Source: Jatrophihabitans sp.
GTDB lineage: Bacteria; Actinomycetota; Actinomycetes; Mycobacteriales; Jatrophihabitantaceae
Length of the DNA: 64,000 nucleotides
Direction: 5' to 3'
Assembly (NCBI GenBank): GCA_036497285.1
Contig: DASXJR010000062.1
Coordinates: forward strand, 281 to 64,280
The notes beneath the pieces are model-generated. The model was not told the origin of the DNA. It searched no databases and saw nothing but the letters and a program-made list of their open reading frames with translations. The position numbers were made by a program, and so were the translations under genes. Shown in pieces: positions 18,826 to 27,846 of this stretch; position 1 is the first letter of the stretch; each line of letters begins with the position of its first letter.

Positions 18826-19893
18826 TTAGTGGTACGGCGTGGTCGCAGCGACCGCGAGCGCCCGTTGCCGGTCGAACGGCGCGGCCTGGTTGTCCAGCCA
18901 TGGTCGGCCGAACCACAGATACCCGTCGCACCACTTGTGCGCAGCTGCAGCGACGGTCGCCGGCAGATGCCACGCGGAATTCCCGACGTCGGTGGTGGGT
19001 GGGATGCCGAGTGTCACGCAGCGCTGCTCGGTGCGGTTGCGGCACACCTCGGCGTTGTTGAAGTTGCCGTGCGGATGCTTGACCCAGTACTGCGGCCACG
19101 TGAACGGGCGGCCGGTGTCCGCGGTGTTCACGACGAAGTGCCGGTTCGGGATTCCGGCGTTGGTCAGGGCCGCCACGATCTGCCGCCCGAAGGTGACCTG
19201 TGCCGCGGTGGAGTCGTAGTGGGTGGCGTTGAGGGCGAACCCGCGGACGTGCGCGACGCCGGCTGAGCGGAGCATCGAAGCGGCGGTGGGCACCTGGAGC
19301 CAGTCTGCGGCGCTGGCGTCGATGTAGACACTGGTTCGCTGCAGCGCACTGAACACTCGCGCCGCGTAGGAGACCAGGCCCAGGCGGACAGCCGGCCGCC
19401 AGCCGTGCAGGGCCAGAGCGAGGTCAGGCTCGAGGATCAGTGCCACCCGCGCAGTGCCGATCGCGGCTGCGACCTGGTCGACCCAGGCCTTGTAGTCGGC
19501 CTGCGCCGCGGCGGTGAGGGGGACGGACTTGGCGCGCTCGCCGCCGGGGTACACCCGGAACACGGCCAGTTGCACGAGCGCGTTCGCGTTCCCGGCTTGG
19601 GTCTGGCTGATGTAGGCACGCACAAGGCCGGCGATGTCGCTGGTCGGTGTCCATGCCCCGAACCAGTGCACACGCGGGCGCAGCGCGATGCGGGCCAGCA
19701 GTTGCTTGGTGGTGCCGGTCGCTTCCTGCCACGCCGGGTAGATGCCCTCGGAGCGCCCGGTGTTGACGCCCCAGGGGGCGGCTGCGAGCGGATTCGCGGA
19801 GGCCGGGCCGGTGTGGGTGGTTGTCGCGCCGGACGGCACGGACGTCGCGGCGGCGACGACCAGGAGCGCGAGCACGGCGAGCACGGCGCGCAT
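18826..19893 (-). CDS. Secreted glycoside hydrolase family 6 (cellulase-like) protein
   Basis: Signal peptide MRAVLAVLALLVVAAA. GH6-like blocks ILEPDLA, YIDASAADW, GFALNATHY, FVVNTADTGRPF, YLWFGRPW. Confidence 0.7.
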   Translation of the reverse strand: MRAVLAVLALLVVAAATSVPSGATTTHTGPASANPLAAAPWGVNTGRSEGIYPAWQEATGTTKQLLARIALRPRVHWFGAWTPTSDIAGLVRAYISQTQAGNANALVQLAVFRVYPGGERAKSVPLTAAAQADYKAWVDQVAAAIGTARVALILEPDLALALHGWRPAVRLGLVSYAARVFSALQRTSVYIDASAADWLQVPTAASMLRSAGVAHVRGFALNATHYDSTAAQVTFGRQIVAALTNAGIPNRHFVVNTADTGRPFTWPQYWVKHPHGNFNNAEVCRNRTEQRCVTLGIPPTTDVGNSAWHLPATVAAAAHKWCDGYLWFGRPWLDNQAAPFDRQRALAVAATTPYH

Positions 19894-20018
19894 GGCCAAG
19901 CGGCCGCGGCGCGGTTGGAGTTGGGTCCGCACGATCCACACATCGGCCGGCCGGCGAAGAACTTGACTCGAATTGTGGCGCGCGCGGGTGCGGTGCCTGA
20001 AGGCGGAGCGAGCAGGCG

Positions 20019-20561
20019 TCAGAAGACCGACGACGGCCAGCGGTGCCTGCGCCACTCGTCCCATGTAGCGAATCCAGGCGGTGCGTCATCAATGGGTTCA
20101 CTGCCATCGAGTTCACCTGGCGTTGGGATGTCGATGGTGGCGGCCCAGTGCGCGAGTTCCTCGTCGGACATGGGCCAGGTCGTTTGTGGCGCTTCGGTTT
20201 GGCGCTGATCAAGTCGTCTCCGCTGCTCCCCGGGGCTGAGTTCGAAGTAGCGCATCTCCACCGTCGCGCCGCGGTCTGCTGCCGCCTGCCGGAGAGCGGA
20301 GCGCTCGTCTCGACCCCAGAGCCCGTAGTCGATCACGACGTTGTTGCCGAGTTCGAGGGCGCGCAACCCGACCTGGATCAGCCGTCCTTCGATCACGTCC
20401 TGGGCCGATGGCGGATTCTCGTGCCCGTAGAGAGCCTTCACCCATTCGTCCTTCGTGAGGCGAAGTGCTTTGTGCTCGACTTCTATGCGCCGCGCCGCCG
20501 TGGTCTTTCCGGTGCATGGGAGCCCGACAGTCAAGAACAAGGTTGGTTGCTTCATCAGCAA
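20019..20561 (-). CDS. P-loop kinase-like ATP-binding protein (AAA_33/zeta-toxin-like fold)
   Basis: 180 aa. Walker A GLPCTGKTT near the N-terminus. Likely true start at the ATG 2 codons in (MKQPTLF). Confidence 0.65.
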   Translation of the reverse strand: MLMKQPTLFLTVGLPCTGKTTAARRIEVEHKALRLTKDEWVKALYGHENPPSAQDVIEGRLIQVGLRALELGNNVVIDYGLWGRDERSALRQAAADRGATVEMRYFELSPGEQRRRLDQRQTEAPQTTWPMSDEELAHWAATIDIPTPGELDGSEPIDDAPPGFATWDEWRRHRWPSSVF

Positions 20562-20600
20562 ATCCGCGGGGTAAGGACTCTAGGCCCGATTGTGGTTGTG

Positions 20601-20673
20601 CGCGCCCGGCAGGACTCGAACCTGCAACCTCTTGATCCGTAGTCAAGTGCTCTATCCGTTGAGCTACGGGCGC
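20601..20673 (-). tRNA. tRNA-Arg (anticodon ACG)
   Basis: Reverse complement GCGCCCGTAGCTCAACGGATAGAGCACTTGACTACGGATCAAGAGGTTGCAGGTTCGAGTCCTGCCGGGCGCG folds as a cloverleaf. Anticodon loop CTACGGA. CCA not encoded. Confidence 0.9.
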
Positions 20674-20730
20674 TCGGCTGAACCGAACGATCAGTTTACC
20701 GGTGACACCGAACTGATTCGTCACCGGGCG

Positions 20731-20820
20731 CGGAGGCTCCGGGATTCGAACCCGGGATGGGCTTGTGACCCAAACCGCATTAGCAGTGCGGCGCCATAGA
20801 CCAGACTAGGCGAAGCCTCC
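20731..20820 (-). tRNA. tRNA-Ser (anticodon GCU)
   Basis: Reverse complement GGAGGCTTCGCCTAGTCTGGTCTATGGCGCCGCACTGCTAATGCGG...GGGTTCGAATCCCGGAGCCTCCG. Long variable arm. Anticodon loop CTGCTAA. Confidence 0.9.
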
Positions 20821-20961
20821 AACGGTCACGGACGAGTCCACGACCAGCCGAAAGCGTACCCAAGCCCGCGACTCACCCGCTGACGGCCTCAGCCTCGGTC
20901 AGGTAGTCGCCCGCCCGTGTGAACCCGGAGCCGTTCGCCTCGGCGTGACGGGCCGGCAAGG

Positions 20962-22731
20962 TTACGTCCGTCCCAGCCAGCGCTGCAGCCGGTGCGGACG
21001 GACGATGAACGCCTCGGCCTCCAGCGCCGCCGCCGCGATCCGCGGCAGGTCGCGCGCCGCGGGGTAGGAGATGAATCGCGGCTCCCAGTACGGCCGGAAC
21101 TTGACGTTGAACCGGTACAGCGACTCGATCTGCCACCAGCGCGAGGCGAAGATCAGCAGCGAGCGCCACATCCGTAGTATCGGACCGGCACCGATACGCT
21201 CGCCGCGTTCGATCGCGTCGCGGAACACCGCGAAGTTGAGCGACACCCGCCCGACGCCGAGATCGGGGCAGGCCGCCATCAGCGAGGCGATCATGAACTC
21301 GTTCAGTCCGTTGTCCGACGAGCGGTCCCGCCGCATGAGATCCAGCGACAACCCGTCCGTCCCCCACGGCACGAAGTGCAGCAGCCCGCGCACGGCTCCG
21401 TCGGCGGTCGCCGTGGCGACCACGCAGTCCCCGTCGGACGGATCGCCCATCCGCGAGAGCGCCATCGAGAACCCCCGCTCGACGGCGTCGCCGCGCCAGG
21501 CCGCAGCGGCGTCCTGCAGCGCGGCGAGCTCGTCCGGCGGGATGTCCCGCGCGCGCCGGACCTGCACGTCGTAGCCGGCCCGGGCGACTCGCGTGCACGC
21601 CTGGCGCACGCCGCGCATCGCCCGTCCCTCGAGGCTGAACTCGTCCACCTCGACGATCGCCTCGTCGCCCAGCGCAAGCGCGGCCAGCTTGCACTCACGC
21701 TTGAACACGGTCGCGCCGAGTTCACTGCAGCCCATGACCGCGGTCGTCCAGGCGTACTCCTCGGCGAGGGCGCGGTAGGCGGCGATCGCGCCCGGCCAGG
21801 CCTCGGGATCGCCGATCGGATCGCCGCTGGCCAGCGCGACTCCGTGCACCACGCGGTACGTGATCGCTGCCTTTGCCGACGGCGACCACACGACCGACTT
21901 GTCGCGGCGCAGCGCGAAGTAACCGAGCGAGTCACGCTCGCCGTTGCGGTCGAGCAGTGCGCGCAGCCGCTGTTCGTCCTCGGTCGAAAGCTGCCCGATG
22001 GGTTGGGACGGACGGAGCACGAGCAGCACCACGACCACGATCGTGACCAGCCCGAACGCGAGCAAGGAGCCGTGGAAGATGTCGCCGAACCGTTCCCCGC
22101 GCACTCCGATGGTGCCGCCCGCCCCGACCAGCGACTGCACAACCTCGCGCAGTCGGGCCAGGAACGACGGGCGGCCGAGGACGTGCGCCGGGTAGGCGTA
22201 CAGCAGCACCATGCCGAAAACGATCGCCACCGCGGTGAACTGGACGAAGACCCTCGCCGCGAACCAGCGGCTGCGCGGGTCGGGACGGGCAGTGAAGCGC
22301 GACCGCGCGACGATCAGGGCTACCAACAGCACGAGCGTGATCGCGGCCTCGACCGGGCGCCGCTCGTCGCGAAGCATGTACGCGACGGTCATGATCAGCG
22401 TGAGCAAGACCGCGGCGAGCCATTCGCGATGTTTACGCTTGCGCAGCCCGGCGGCCAGCCGCAACAGCAACAGGCCGCCGACCGCCGTGATCGCGGTGGC
22501 CGCGGCTGTGGCCGGCGCAGGAATGATCTTGGTTATCGAGTGCACGCGCAGCCGCTCGCTGGTCCACACCGCGCCGATCAGCGCAAGCAGCCCCAGCAGC
22601 CGGGCGATGTTGGCCACGATGCGCGGCGCGTTGGCGAGGTAGCCCCGGTGCAACCGCGTCCAGAACGTCGGCGGGGGCGGCGGCTCGGTGCCGCGCGGAT
22701 GCGCCGCGGTCGCCGAATTGCCTCGTACCAC
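20962..22731 (-). CDS. MprF/LysX-like aminoacyl-phosphatidylglycerol synthase (TM domain plus DUF2156-type C-terminal domain)
   Basis: 589 aa. About 6 N-terminal TM helices. C-terminal block ...ASGDPIGDPEAW...LHFVPWG...LSLDLMRR...ESLYRFNVKFRPYWEPRF typical of the lysyl-PG synthase domain. Confidence 0.7.
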   Translation of the reverse strand: MVRGNSATAAHPRGTEPPPPPTFWTRLHRGYLANAPRIVANIARLLGLLALIGAVWTSERLRVHSITKIIPAPATAAATAITAVGGLLLLRLAAGLRKRKHREWLAAVLLTLIMTVAYMLRDERRPVEAAITLVLLVALIVARSRFTARPDPRSRWFAARVFVQFTAVAIVFGMVLLYAYPAHVLGRPSFLARLREVVQSLVGAGGTIGVRGERFGDIFHGSLLAFGLVTIVVVVLLVLRPSQPIGQLSTEDEQRLRALLDRNGERDSLGYFALRRDKSVVWSPSAKAAITYRVVHGVALASGDPIGDPEAWPGAIAAYRALAEEYAWTTAVMGCSELGATVFKRECKLAALALGDEAIVEVDEFSLEGRAMRGVRQACTRVARAGYDVQVRRARDIPPDELAALQDAAAAWRGDAVERGFSMALSRMGDPSDGDCVVATATADGAVRGLLHFVPWGTDGLSLDLMRRDRSSDNGLNEFMIASLMAACPDLGVGRVSLNFAVFRDAIERGERIGAGPILRMWRSLLIFASRWWQIESLYRFNVKFRPYWEPRFISYPAARDLPRIAAAALEAEAFIVRPHRLQRWLGRT

Positions 22732-22774
22732 CCGCTCATGGTCGCAAACCGGACGCCTTCCAGCGATTCGGTCC

Positions 22775-23374
22775 TCAGCGAGGCGAGATGAGCGGAATCA
22801 GCACCTGGTCGATGATTTCGTTGATCATCCTGGCGTTCACGGGCTCGCGCTGCAGAATCATCCGGTAGGTGAGGACGGACGGGAGCACGTCGGCCACCAG
22901 CGTCACATCGGCACCGGGCCGGACCTCTCCGCGTTCGACACCACGGCGTAACAGGGCGAGCATGGCTGCCCGCCGCGGCGCCTGGAACTGGTCGTCGACG
23001 GCGCGGGCGAGTTCGGGATCGGTGGCCGCTTCGCACTTGATCGCCCGCATCACGTCGCCGGCCGGGCTCGCCAGCGTCGCGGTGATCGCCCGTGCCACGC
23101 CGCGCAGAGCGTCCTCCGTGGTGACGTCGTCGGCGAGCGCCACCGGGAAGCCGCACTGCTCCGGCGTCGGCAACTGCGAGCTGATCGCGTCCAGCAGCAG
23201 CTGCGCGCGGGTGGGCCAACGCCGGTAAATGCTGGCCTTCCCGGTGCGCGCCCGGGCGGCGACCCCTTCGACGGTGAACGCCGTGTATCCGACTTCGGAC
23301 AGCTCGGCGTAGGCGGCCTCGAGAATCGCGTCCTCGAGTGCGGCGCCGCGCTTTCGCTGCACGATCACGGTCAC
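22775..23374 (-). CDS. TetR-family transcriptional regulator
   Basis: 199 aa. N-terminal HTH (FTVEGVAARARTGKASIYRRWPTRAQLL). Divergent from the MFS gene. Confidence 0.85.
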   Translation of the reverse strand: MTVIVQRKRGAALEDAILEAAYAELSEVGYTAFTVEGVAARARTGKASIYRRWPTRAQLLLDAISSQLPTPEQCGFPVALADDVTTEDALRGVARAITATLASPAGDVMRAIKCEAATDPELARAVDDQFQAPRRAAMLALLRRGVERGEVRPGADVTLVADVLPSVLTYRMILQREPVNARMINEIIDQVLIPLISPR

Positions 23375-23513
23375 GTCGTTGTCATACCCCTCGGTCAGAA
23401 TCCCCGGTATCGGAGTTCACTAAAAGACGGTTGCGTTTCTTACCTGGCCGGGCCTATGTTACCCCGATAAGGAACGCATTCGTACTCTAAGCCTGAAGTC
23501 GACAGAAGAGTAG

Positions 23514-25166
23514 TTGGAGCACATCGTGGCTGACACAGACCTGGCGCGCACCACCGCGCAACCCGCGAACGGCGCACGACGCCATGCGCATACCGCCCTG
23601 ATCCTGATGGTGATCGCCGGCGCCCAGATGATGGTCGTGCTCGACGGAACGATCGTGAACATCGCGCTGCCGTCGATGGGTCGGTACTTCGACAAGAGCC
23701 AGACGGACATGACGTGGGCGCTCAACGCTTACGCGCTCGCCTTCGGCGGATTCCTGCTGCTCGGCGGTCGCATGGGCGACATCCTGGGGCGCCGGCGGAT
23801 GTTCATCCTGGGCCTGAGCTTGTTCACGATCGGCAGCTTCCTCGCCGGGATCGCGCCCAGCTTCGGGCTGTTGCTCGCCGGTCGCGCCGTGCAGGGCTTC
23901 GGCGGCGCGATCGCCTCGCCCACCGCGCTGTCGCTGATCACGACCGAGTTCGAGGAAGGCCCGGCCCGCACGCGGGCGATCGCGGTCTACGCGGCCGTGT
24001 CCGGTGCGGGTGCCGCGCTCGGGCTGTTGCTCGGCGGCGTCCTCACCAACTACTTCAGCTGGCGCTGGGTGCTGTTCGTCAACATCCCGATCGGCGCCGT
24101 GCTGATCACCGGCGCGTACTTCTACCTGCACGAGTCCGAGCGGCTGAAGGGCAAGTTCGACTTCATCGGCGCGGCGCTGTCGGTGGCCGGCATGGTCGCG
24201 ACGGTGTACGGCTTCATCCACGTCGCACACAGCGGCTGGGGCAATGCCCAGACCTTCGTCGTGTTCGCCGCGGCCGTCGTGCTGCTCACCACGTTCGTGT
24301 ACTACGAGGCCAAGGTGGCGGCCGATCCGATGATGCCGATGCGCATCTTCGAAGACCGCAATCGCGCCGGCGCCTACGTGGTCATGTTCGTCGTCGGTGC
24401 AGCCATGTTCGGCATGTTCTACTTCGTGACCTTCTTCGTGCAGGGCGTACGTGAGTACGGACCGCTGAAGACCGGCTTTTCGTTCCTGCCCGTCGCCTTT
24501 GTGATCGGCATCGTCAGCCAGATCGTGGCCAAGCTGTTGCCGAAGGTCGGCGCGAAACCCCTGCTGATCGCCGGCACGGGCTTGATCACGCTGTCGCTGC
24601 TGTGGTTCTCGACCGTCAACAAGGATTCCGGCTATGCCGGCAAGCTGCTGCCCGGCATGTTCCTGCTCGCTGTCGCGATGGGTTGCCTGTTCGTTCCGCT
24701 GACCGCGACCGCGGTGTCGAACGTCCGCAACACCGACGCGGGTCTCGCCTCAGCGCTGCTCAACGTCGGGCAGCAGGTGGGCGGTGCGCTCGGGTTGTCG
24801 GTGATGACGACGGTATTCGGTACGAGCGCCCGCAGCTGGGCCAGCGGCCACGTGCAGGGTCTCGTGGCGCAGATCCCGACCGACTCGCATCAGGCGGTCT
24901 CCGGGTTCCTGGCCAAGTACGGGCAGAACGGACCGCAGGCCGCTGACATCAAGGGCTTCGTGATGCAGCACCCGAGCACGGCGGGCTTCTTCAGCCACGC
25001 GTACTCGGACTTCGCACGGTCCCTGCAGGCCTACGCGTCCGGCAAGGGCTTCCTGATGGGCGCCGCGTTCGGCCTGGTCGCGTTGGTCGTCGCGATCGTC
25101 ATGATCAACGTCAAGAAGGACGACCTGCCCGCCGACCCGGCCGAAACGGCCGCCGTCGCGGCATAG
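23514..25166 (+). CDS. MFS transporter, DHA2 (EmrB/QacA, 14-TMS) drug-efflux type
   Basis: 550 aa. Motifs LDGTIVNIALP, GGRMGDILGRRRMF. The true start may be the GTG at 23526. Confidence 0.85.
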   Translation: MEHIVADTDLARTTAQPANGARRHAHTALILMVIAGAQMMVVLDGTIVNIALPSMGRYFDKSQTDMTWALNAYALAFGGFLLLGGRMGDILGRRRMFILGLSLFTIGSFLAGIAPSFGLLLAGRAVQGFGGAIASPTALSLITTEFEEGPARTRAIAVYAAVSGAGAALGLLLGGVLTNYFSWRWVLFVNIPIGAVLITGAYFYLHESERLKGKFDFIGAALSVAGMVATVYGFIHVAHSGWGNAQTFVVFAAAVVLLTTFVYYEAKVAADPMMPMRIFEDRNRAGAYVVMFVVGAAMFGMFYFVTFFVQGVREYGPLKTGFSFLPVAFVIGIVSQIVAKLLPKVGAKPLLIAGTGLITLSLLWFSTVNKDSGYAGKLLPGMFLLAVAMGCLFVPLTATAVSNVRNTDAGLASALLNVGQQVGGALGLSVMTTVFGTSARSWASGHVQGLVAQIPTDSHQAVSGFLAKYGQNGPQAADIKGFVMQHPSTAGFFSHAYSDFARSLQAYASGKGFLMGAAFGLVALVVAIVMINVKKDDLPADPAETAAVAA

Positions 25167-25191
25167 GCAGGCGCCGCGTCGCGAACCTCAG

Positions 25192-25261
25192 ATGAGTGGC
25201 GCGTTGTGACGCTGAGTGGCGCGATATTTCGCGCCACTCAGCACGTGAACGCGCCACTCAT
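25192..25261. repeat. Family B nested-palindrome element, copy B1
   Basis: ATGAGTGGCGCG - CTGAGTGGCGCGA tatt TCGCGCCACTCAG - CGCGCCACTCAT, 26 nt after the MFS stop. Confidence 0.9.
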
Positions 25262-25434
25262 CACAATGGACGGGATGTCGAGCCCACGGAGCTGTCCCTT
25301 GTGGACGACCGGGAGATCTCGATTGCCGGCTGTGGACGACGCCCGATCGACCTCGCCGGCCGCGAACCTGGTTTCGTGGATGATTTCGTCAGACTCGGGC
25401 ACGGCCGTACCGCCCGGCCGGATCGATCGCCGAC

Positions 25435-26257
25435 ATGGCCGACCGGATCGGCGCCTACCTCGACGCACTGCCTCCGGACACGGTCGTCGGCGGTATCACC
25501 GCGGCGCGCATGTACGGGCTCTGGCTGCCGGAGCAAGTGCCCGATGAGCGCCTCGAGTTCGTCCTGAATCGCCCCGCATCCCAGGCGCGCGAACTCGCCA
25601 CCTGTAGACGCAGCGAGATCGTCACGCGGCGCCGCGAATTGTCGGCCGACGAGATCGTCATGACCGACCGCTTTCCCATGTTGTCGCCCGCTCGCGTGTG
25701 GGTCGATCTGTGCGAGTCGCTGTCCTTGGAGGACATCGTCAGCGCCGGCGACTGCTTGCTGCGCGGGCTCGCCACCCAGGACGAGCTCATCGCCGCGGTG
25801 GCAATGGCGCGGCATCGCCGCGGCGTTTGCCGTGCCCGGCTCGGCAATGGCGCGGCATCGCCGCGGCGTTTGCCGTGCCCGGCTCGCATTGACCCTGCTC
25901 GATGCACGCTCACGATCCCGCGGCGAGACCCATCTGCGATGCGCCGTCGTCCTCGGCGGATTGCCGTGGCCCGAGGTGAACATGCCCATCTACACCGACG
26001 ATGGCGAGTGGCTGGCCGAACCCGACCTGCACTACAAGGCCGCTCGGCTCGCGCTCGAGTACAACGGAAGCGATCACAGCGGAGTTCGGCGGATGCGCCG
26101 AGACATCACCCGCGAGATCGACATCGATTGGAACGACTGGAAAGTAGTCGTCTTCGGTCCGAACGAGGTCTTTCGCTTTCCGTGGCGGATCGCGCCCTAC
26201 GTCCGGGGGCAGCTGCAGGCTCGCGACCCCGGTTGGTGGCGTCGCCAGGCCGGCTGA
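25435..26257 (+). pseudogene. DUF559 / Vsr-like endonuclease-domain protein (AbiEi-like N-terminus) disrupted by a 43-bp tandem duplication
   Basis: Two overlapping ORFs (25435.. and 25832..26257) both encode [14 protein letters not shown]. Deleting one 43-bp copy gives a continuous 259-aa protein ending ...[10 protein letters not shown]...[15 protein letters not shown]... Confidence 0.75.
25800..25886 (+). repeat. Perfect 43-bp tandem duplication (2 copies) inside the DUF559-like gene
   Basis: GCAATGGCGCGGCATCGCCGCGGCGTTTGCCGTGCCCGGCTCG occurs at 25801-25843 and again at 25844-25886. Confidence 0.95.
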
Positions 26258-26299
26258 GCCCGAGTGCCGGGCCCGCGGTTCCTGAGCCCGAGTGCTGCA

Positions 26300-26368
26300 A
26301 TGAGTGGCGCGAACTGGCGGTGAGTGGCGCGAAATGTCGCGCCACTCATGGGTTAACGCGCCACTCAT
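26300..26368. repeat. Family B nested-palindrome element, copy B2
   Basis: ATGAGTGGCGCG - GTGAGTGGCGCGA aatg TCGCGCCACTCAT - CGCGCCACTCAT. An extra degenerate unit TCGCCACTCAC lies at 26381-26391. Confidence 0.9.
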
Positions 26369-26433
26369 GCGAAAAGAAGGTCGCCACTCACCGGAAAAGG
26401 AGGTCGCGGGTCGTCGGAAAAGGAGGTCGCGGG
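26365..26433 (+). repeat. 23-nt tandem repeat x3 with an AAGGAGG core
   Basis: TCATGCGAAAAGAAGGTCGCCAC / TCACCGGAAAAGGAGGTCGCGGG / TCGTCGGAAAAGGAGGTCGCGGG. Ends 3 nt from the sdaA stop codon. Confidence 0.85.
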
Positions 26434-26436
26434 CGA

Positions 26437-27810
26437 TCAGCACTCGATGACGTTGACGGCCAGGCCGCCGCGCGCAGTCTCCTTGTACTTGATCTTCATG
26501 TCCGCGCCGGTCTCGCGCATCGTCTTGATCACCTTGTCCAGGCTGACGATGTGCCGGCCGTCGCCACGCAGCGCGATCCGTGCCGCGTTGATCGCCTTGA
26601 CGGCCGCCATCGCGTTCCGCTCGATGCACGGCACCTGGACGAGTCCGCCGACCGGGTCGCAAGTGAGCCCCAGGTTGTGCTCCATGCCGATCTCGGCGGC
26701 GTTCTCGACCTGATCCGGCGTGCCGCCGAGCACCTCGCACAGCGCCCCGGCCGCCATCGAACACGCCGACCCGACCTCGCCCTGGCACCCGACCTCGGCC
26801 CCTGAGATCGACGCGTTCTCCTTGTACAGCACCCCGATCGCGCCGGCCGTCAGCAGGAACCGCACCACCGCGTCGTCCGAGGCACCTGGGCAGAACCGCA
26901 CGTAGTAGTGCAGCACGGCGGGCAGAATTCCGGCCGCACCGTTCGTGGGCGCAGTGACCACCCGTCCCCCGCCGGCGTTCTCCTCGTTCACCGCGAGCGC
27001 GAACAGGTCGACCCAGTCCATCACTCGCAGCGGGTCGACGTTGTACTGCTCGGCGCACAGCCGCCGGTACAGCGCGGGCGCCCGGCGCGGCACCTTCAGC
27101 CCGCCCGGCAACGTCCCGTCGTGCGAGCAGCCGTTGGTGACACACTCCTGCATCACCGCCCAGATCGAGAGCAGCTTCGACCGGACCTCCTCCTGGCTGC
27201 GTCCGAACGCCTGCTCGTTCGCGAGCATCACCTGGCTGATCGACAACCCGGACTCGCGGCAGCGCGACAGCAGCGCGTCGCCGGTCTTGAACGGGTACGG
27301 CAGCTCGGTGGTGTCCTCGGTGATCCGGTCCGCCCCGGCGGCCTGCTCGTCGACCACGAACCCGCCGCCGACCGAGTAGTAGGTGCGCTCCCGCACGCAA
27401 TCGCCGGATGCCGAGTAGGCGTAGAACCGCATCCCGTTCGGGTGGAACGGCAGGCTCTGCCGCCGATGCATCACCAGGTCGTCATCCACCAGCGCGGCGG
27501 AGTGCCTGCCTAGCAACGACACCTCCTCGGCCGCCTTGATCGCCGCCACTCGCTCGCCGACCGAATCCGTGTCGACGGACTCCGGCGCCTCGCCCTCGAG
27601 CCCGAGGATCACCGCCCGGTCGCTGCCGTGGCCGTGCCCGGTCGCGCCGAGTGACCCGAACAACTCCGCGCGCACGCGCACGACCGACTCGAGCACACCG
27701 TCCGCCTCAAGGCCGAGTGCGAACGTCCGCGCCGCGCGCATCGGCCCGACCGTGTGCGACGACGACGGTCCGATCCCGATCGAGAACAGGTCGAACACAC
27801 TGATGGCCAC
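26437..27810 (-). CDS. sdaA: L-serine ammonia-lyase (L-serine dehydratase, single-chain Fe-S type)
   Basis: GTG start gives [24 protein letters not shown], the canonical SdaA N-terminus. C-terminus ...[10 protein letters not shown]. Confidence 0.9.
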   Translation of the reverse strand: MAISVFDLFSIGIGPSSSHTVGPMRAARTFALGLEADGVLESVVRVRAELFGSLGATGHGHGSDRAVILGLEGEAPESVDTDSVGERVAAIKAAEEVSLLGRHSAALVDDDLVMHRRQSLPFHPNGMRFYAYSASGDCVRERTYYSVGGGFVVDEQAAGADRITEDTTELPYPFKTGDALLSRCRESGLSISQVMLANEQAFGRSQEEVRSKLLSIWAVMQECVTNGCSHDGTLPGGLKVPRRAPALYRRLCAEQYNVDPLRVMDWVDLFALAVNEENAGGGRVVTAPTNGAAGILPAVLHYYVRFCPGASDDAVVRFLLTAGAIGVLYKENASISGAEVGCQGEVGSACSMAAGALCEVLGGTPDQVENAAEIGMEHNLGLTCDPVGGLVQVPCIERNAMAAVKAINAARIALRGDGRHIVSLDKVIKTMRETGADMKIKYKETARGGLAVNVIEC

Positions 27811-27846
27811 GCCTGCCACGGTAAGCCATGTCATAGCGTGGCACCG

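Noticed and set aside
23375-23525. TetR operator in the tetR/MFS intergenic region (e.g. AAGACGGTTGCGTTTCTT).
   Set aside because: Only short, imperfect dyad symmetry is present. The site cannot be distinguished from chance without binding data or comparative footprints.
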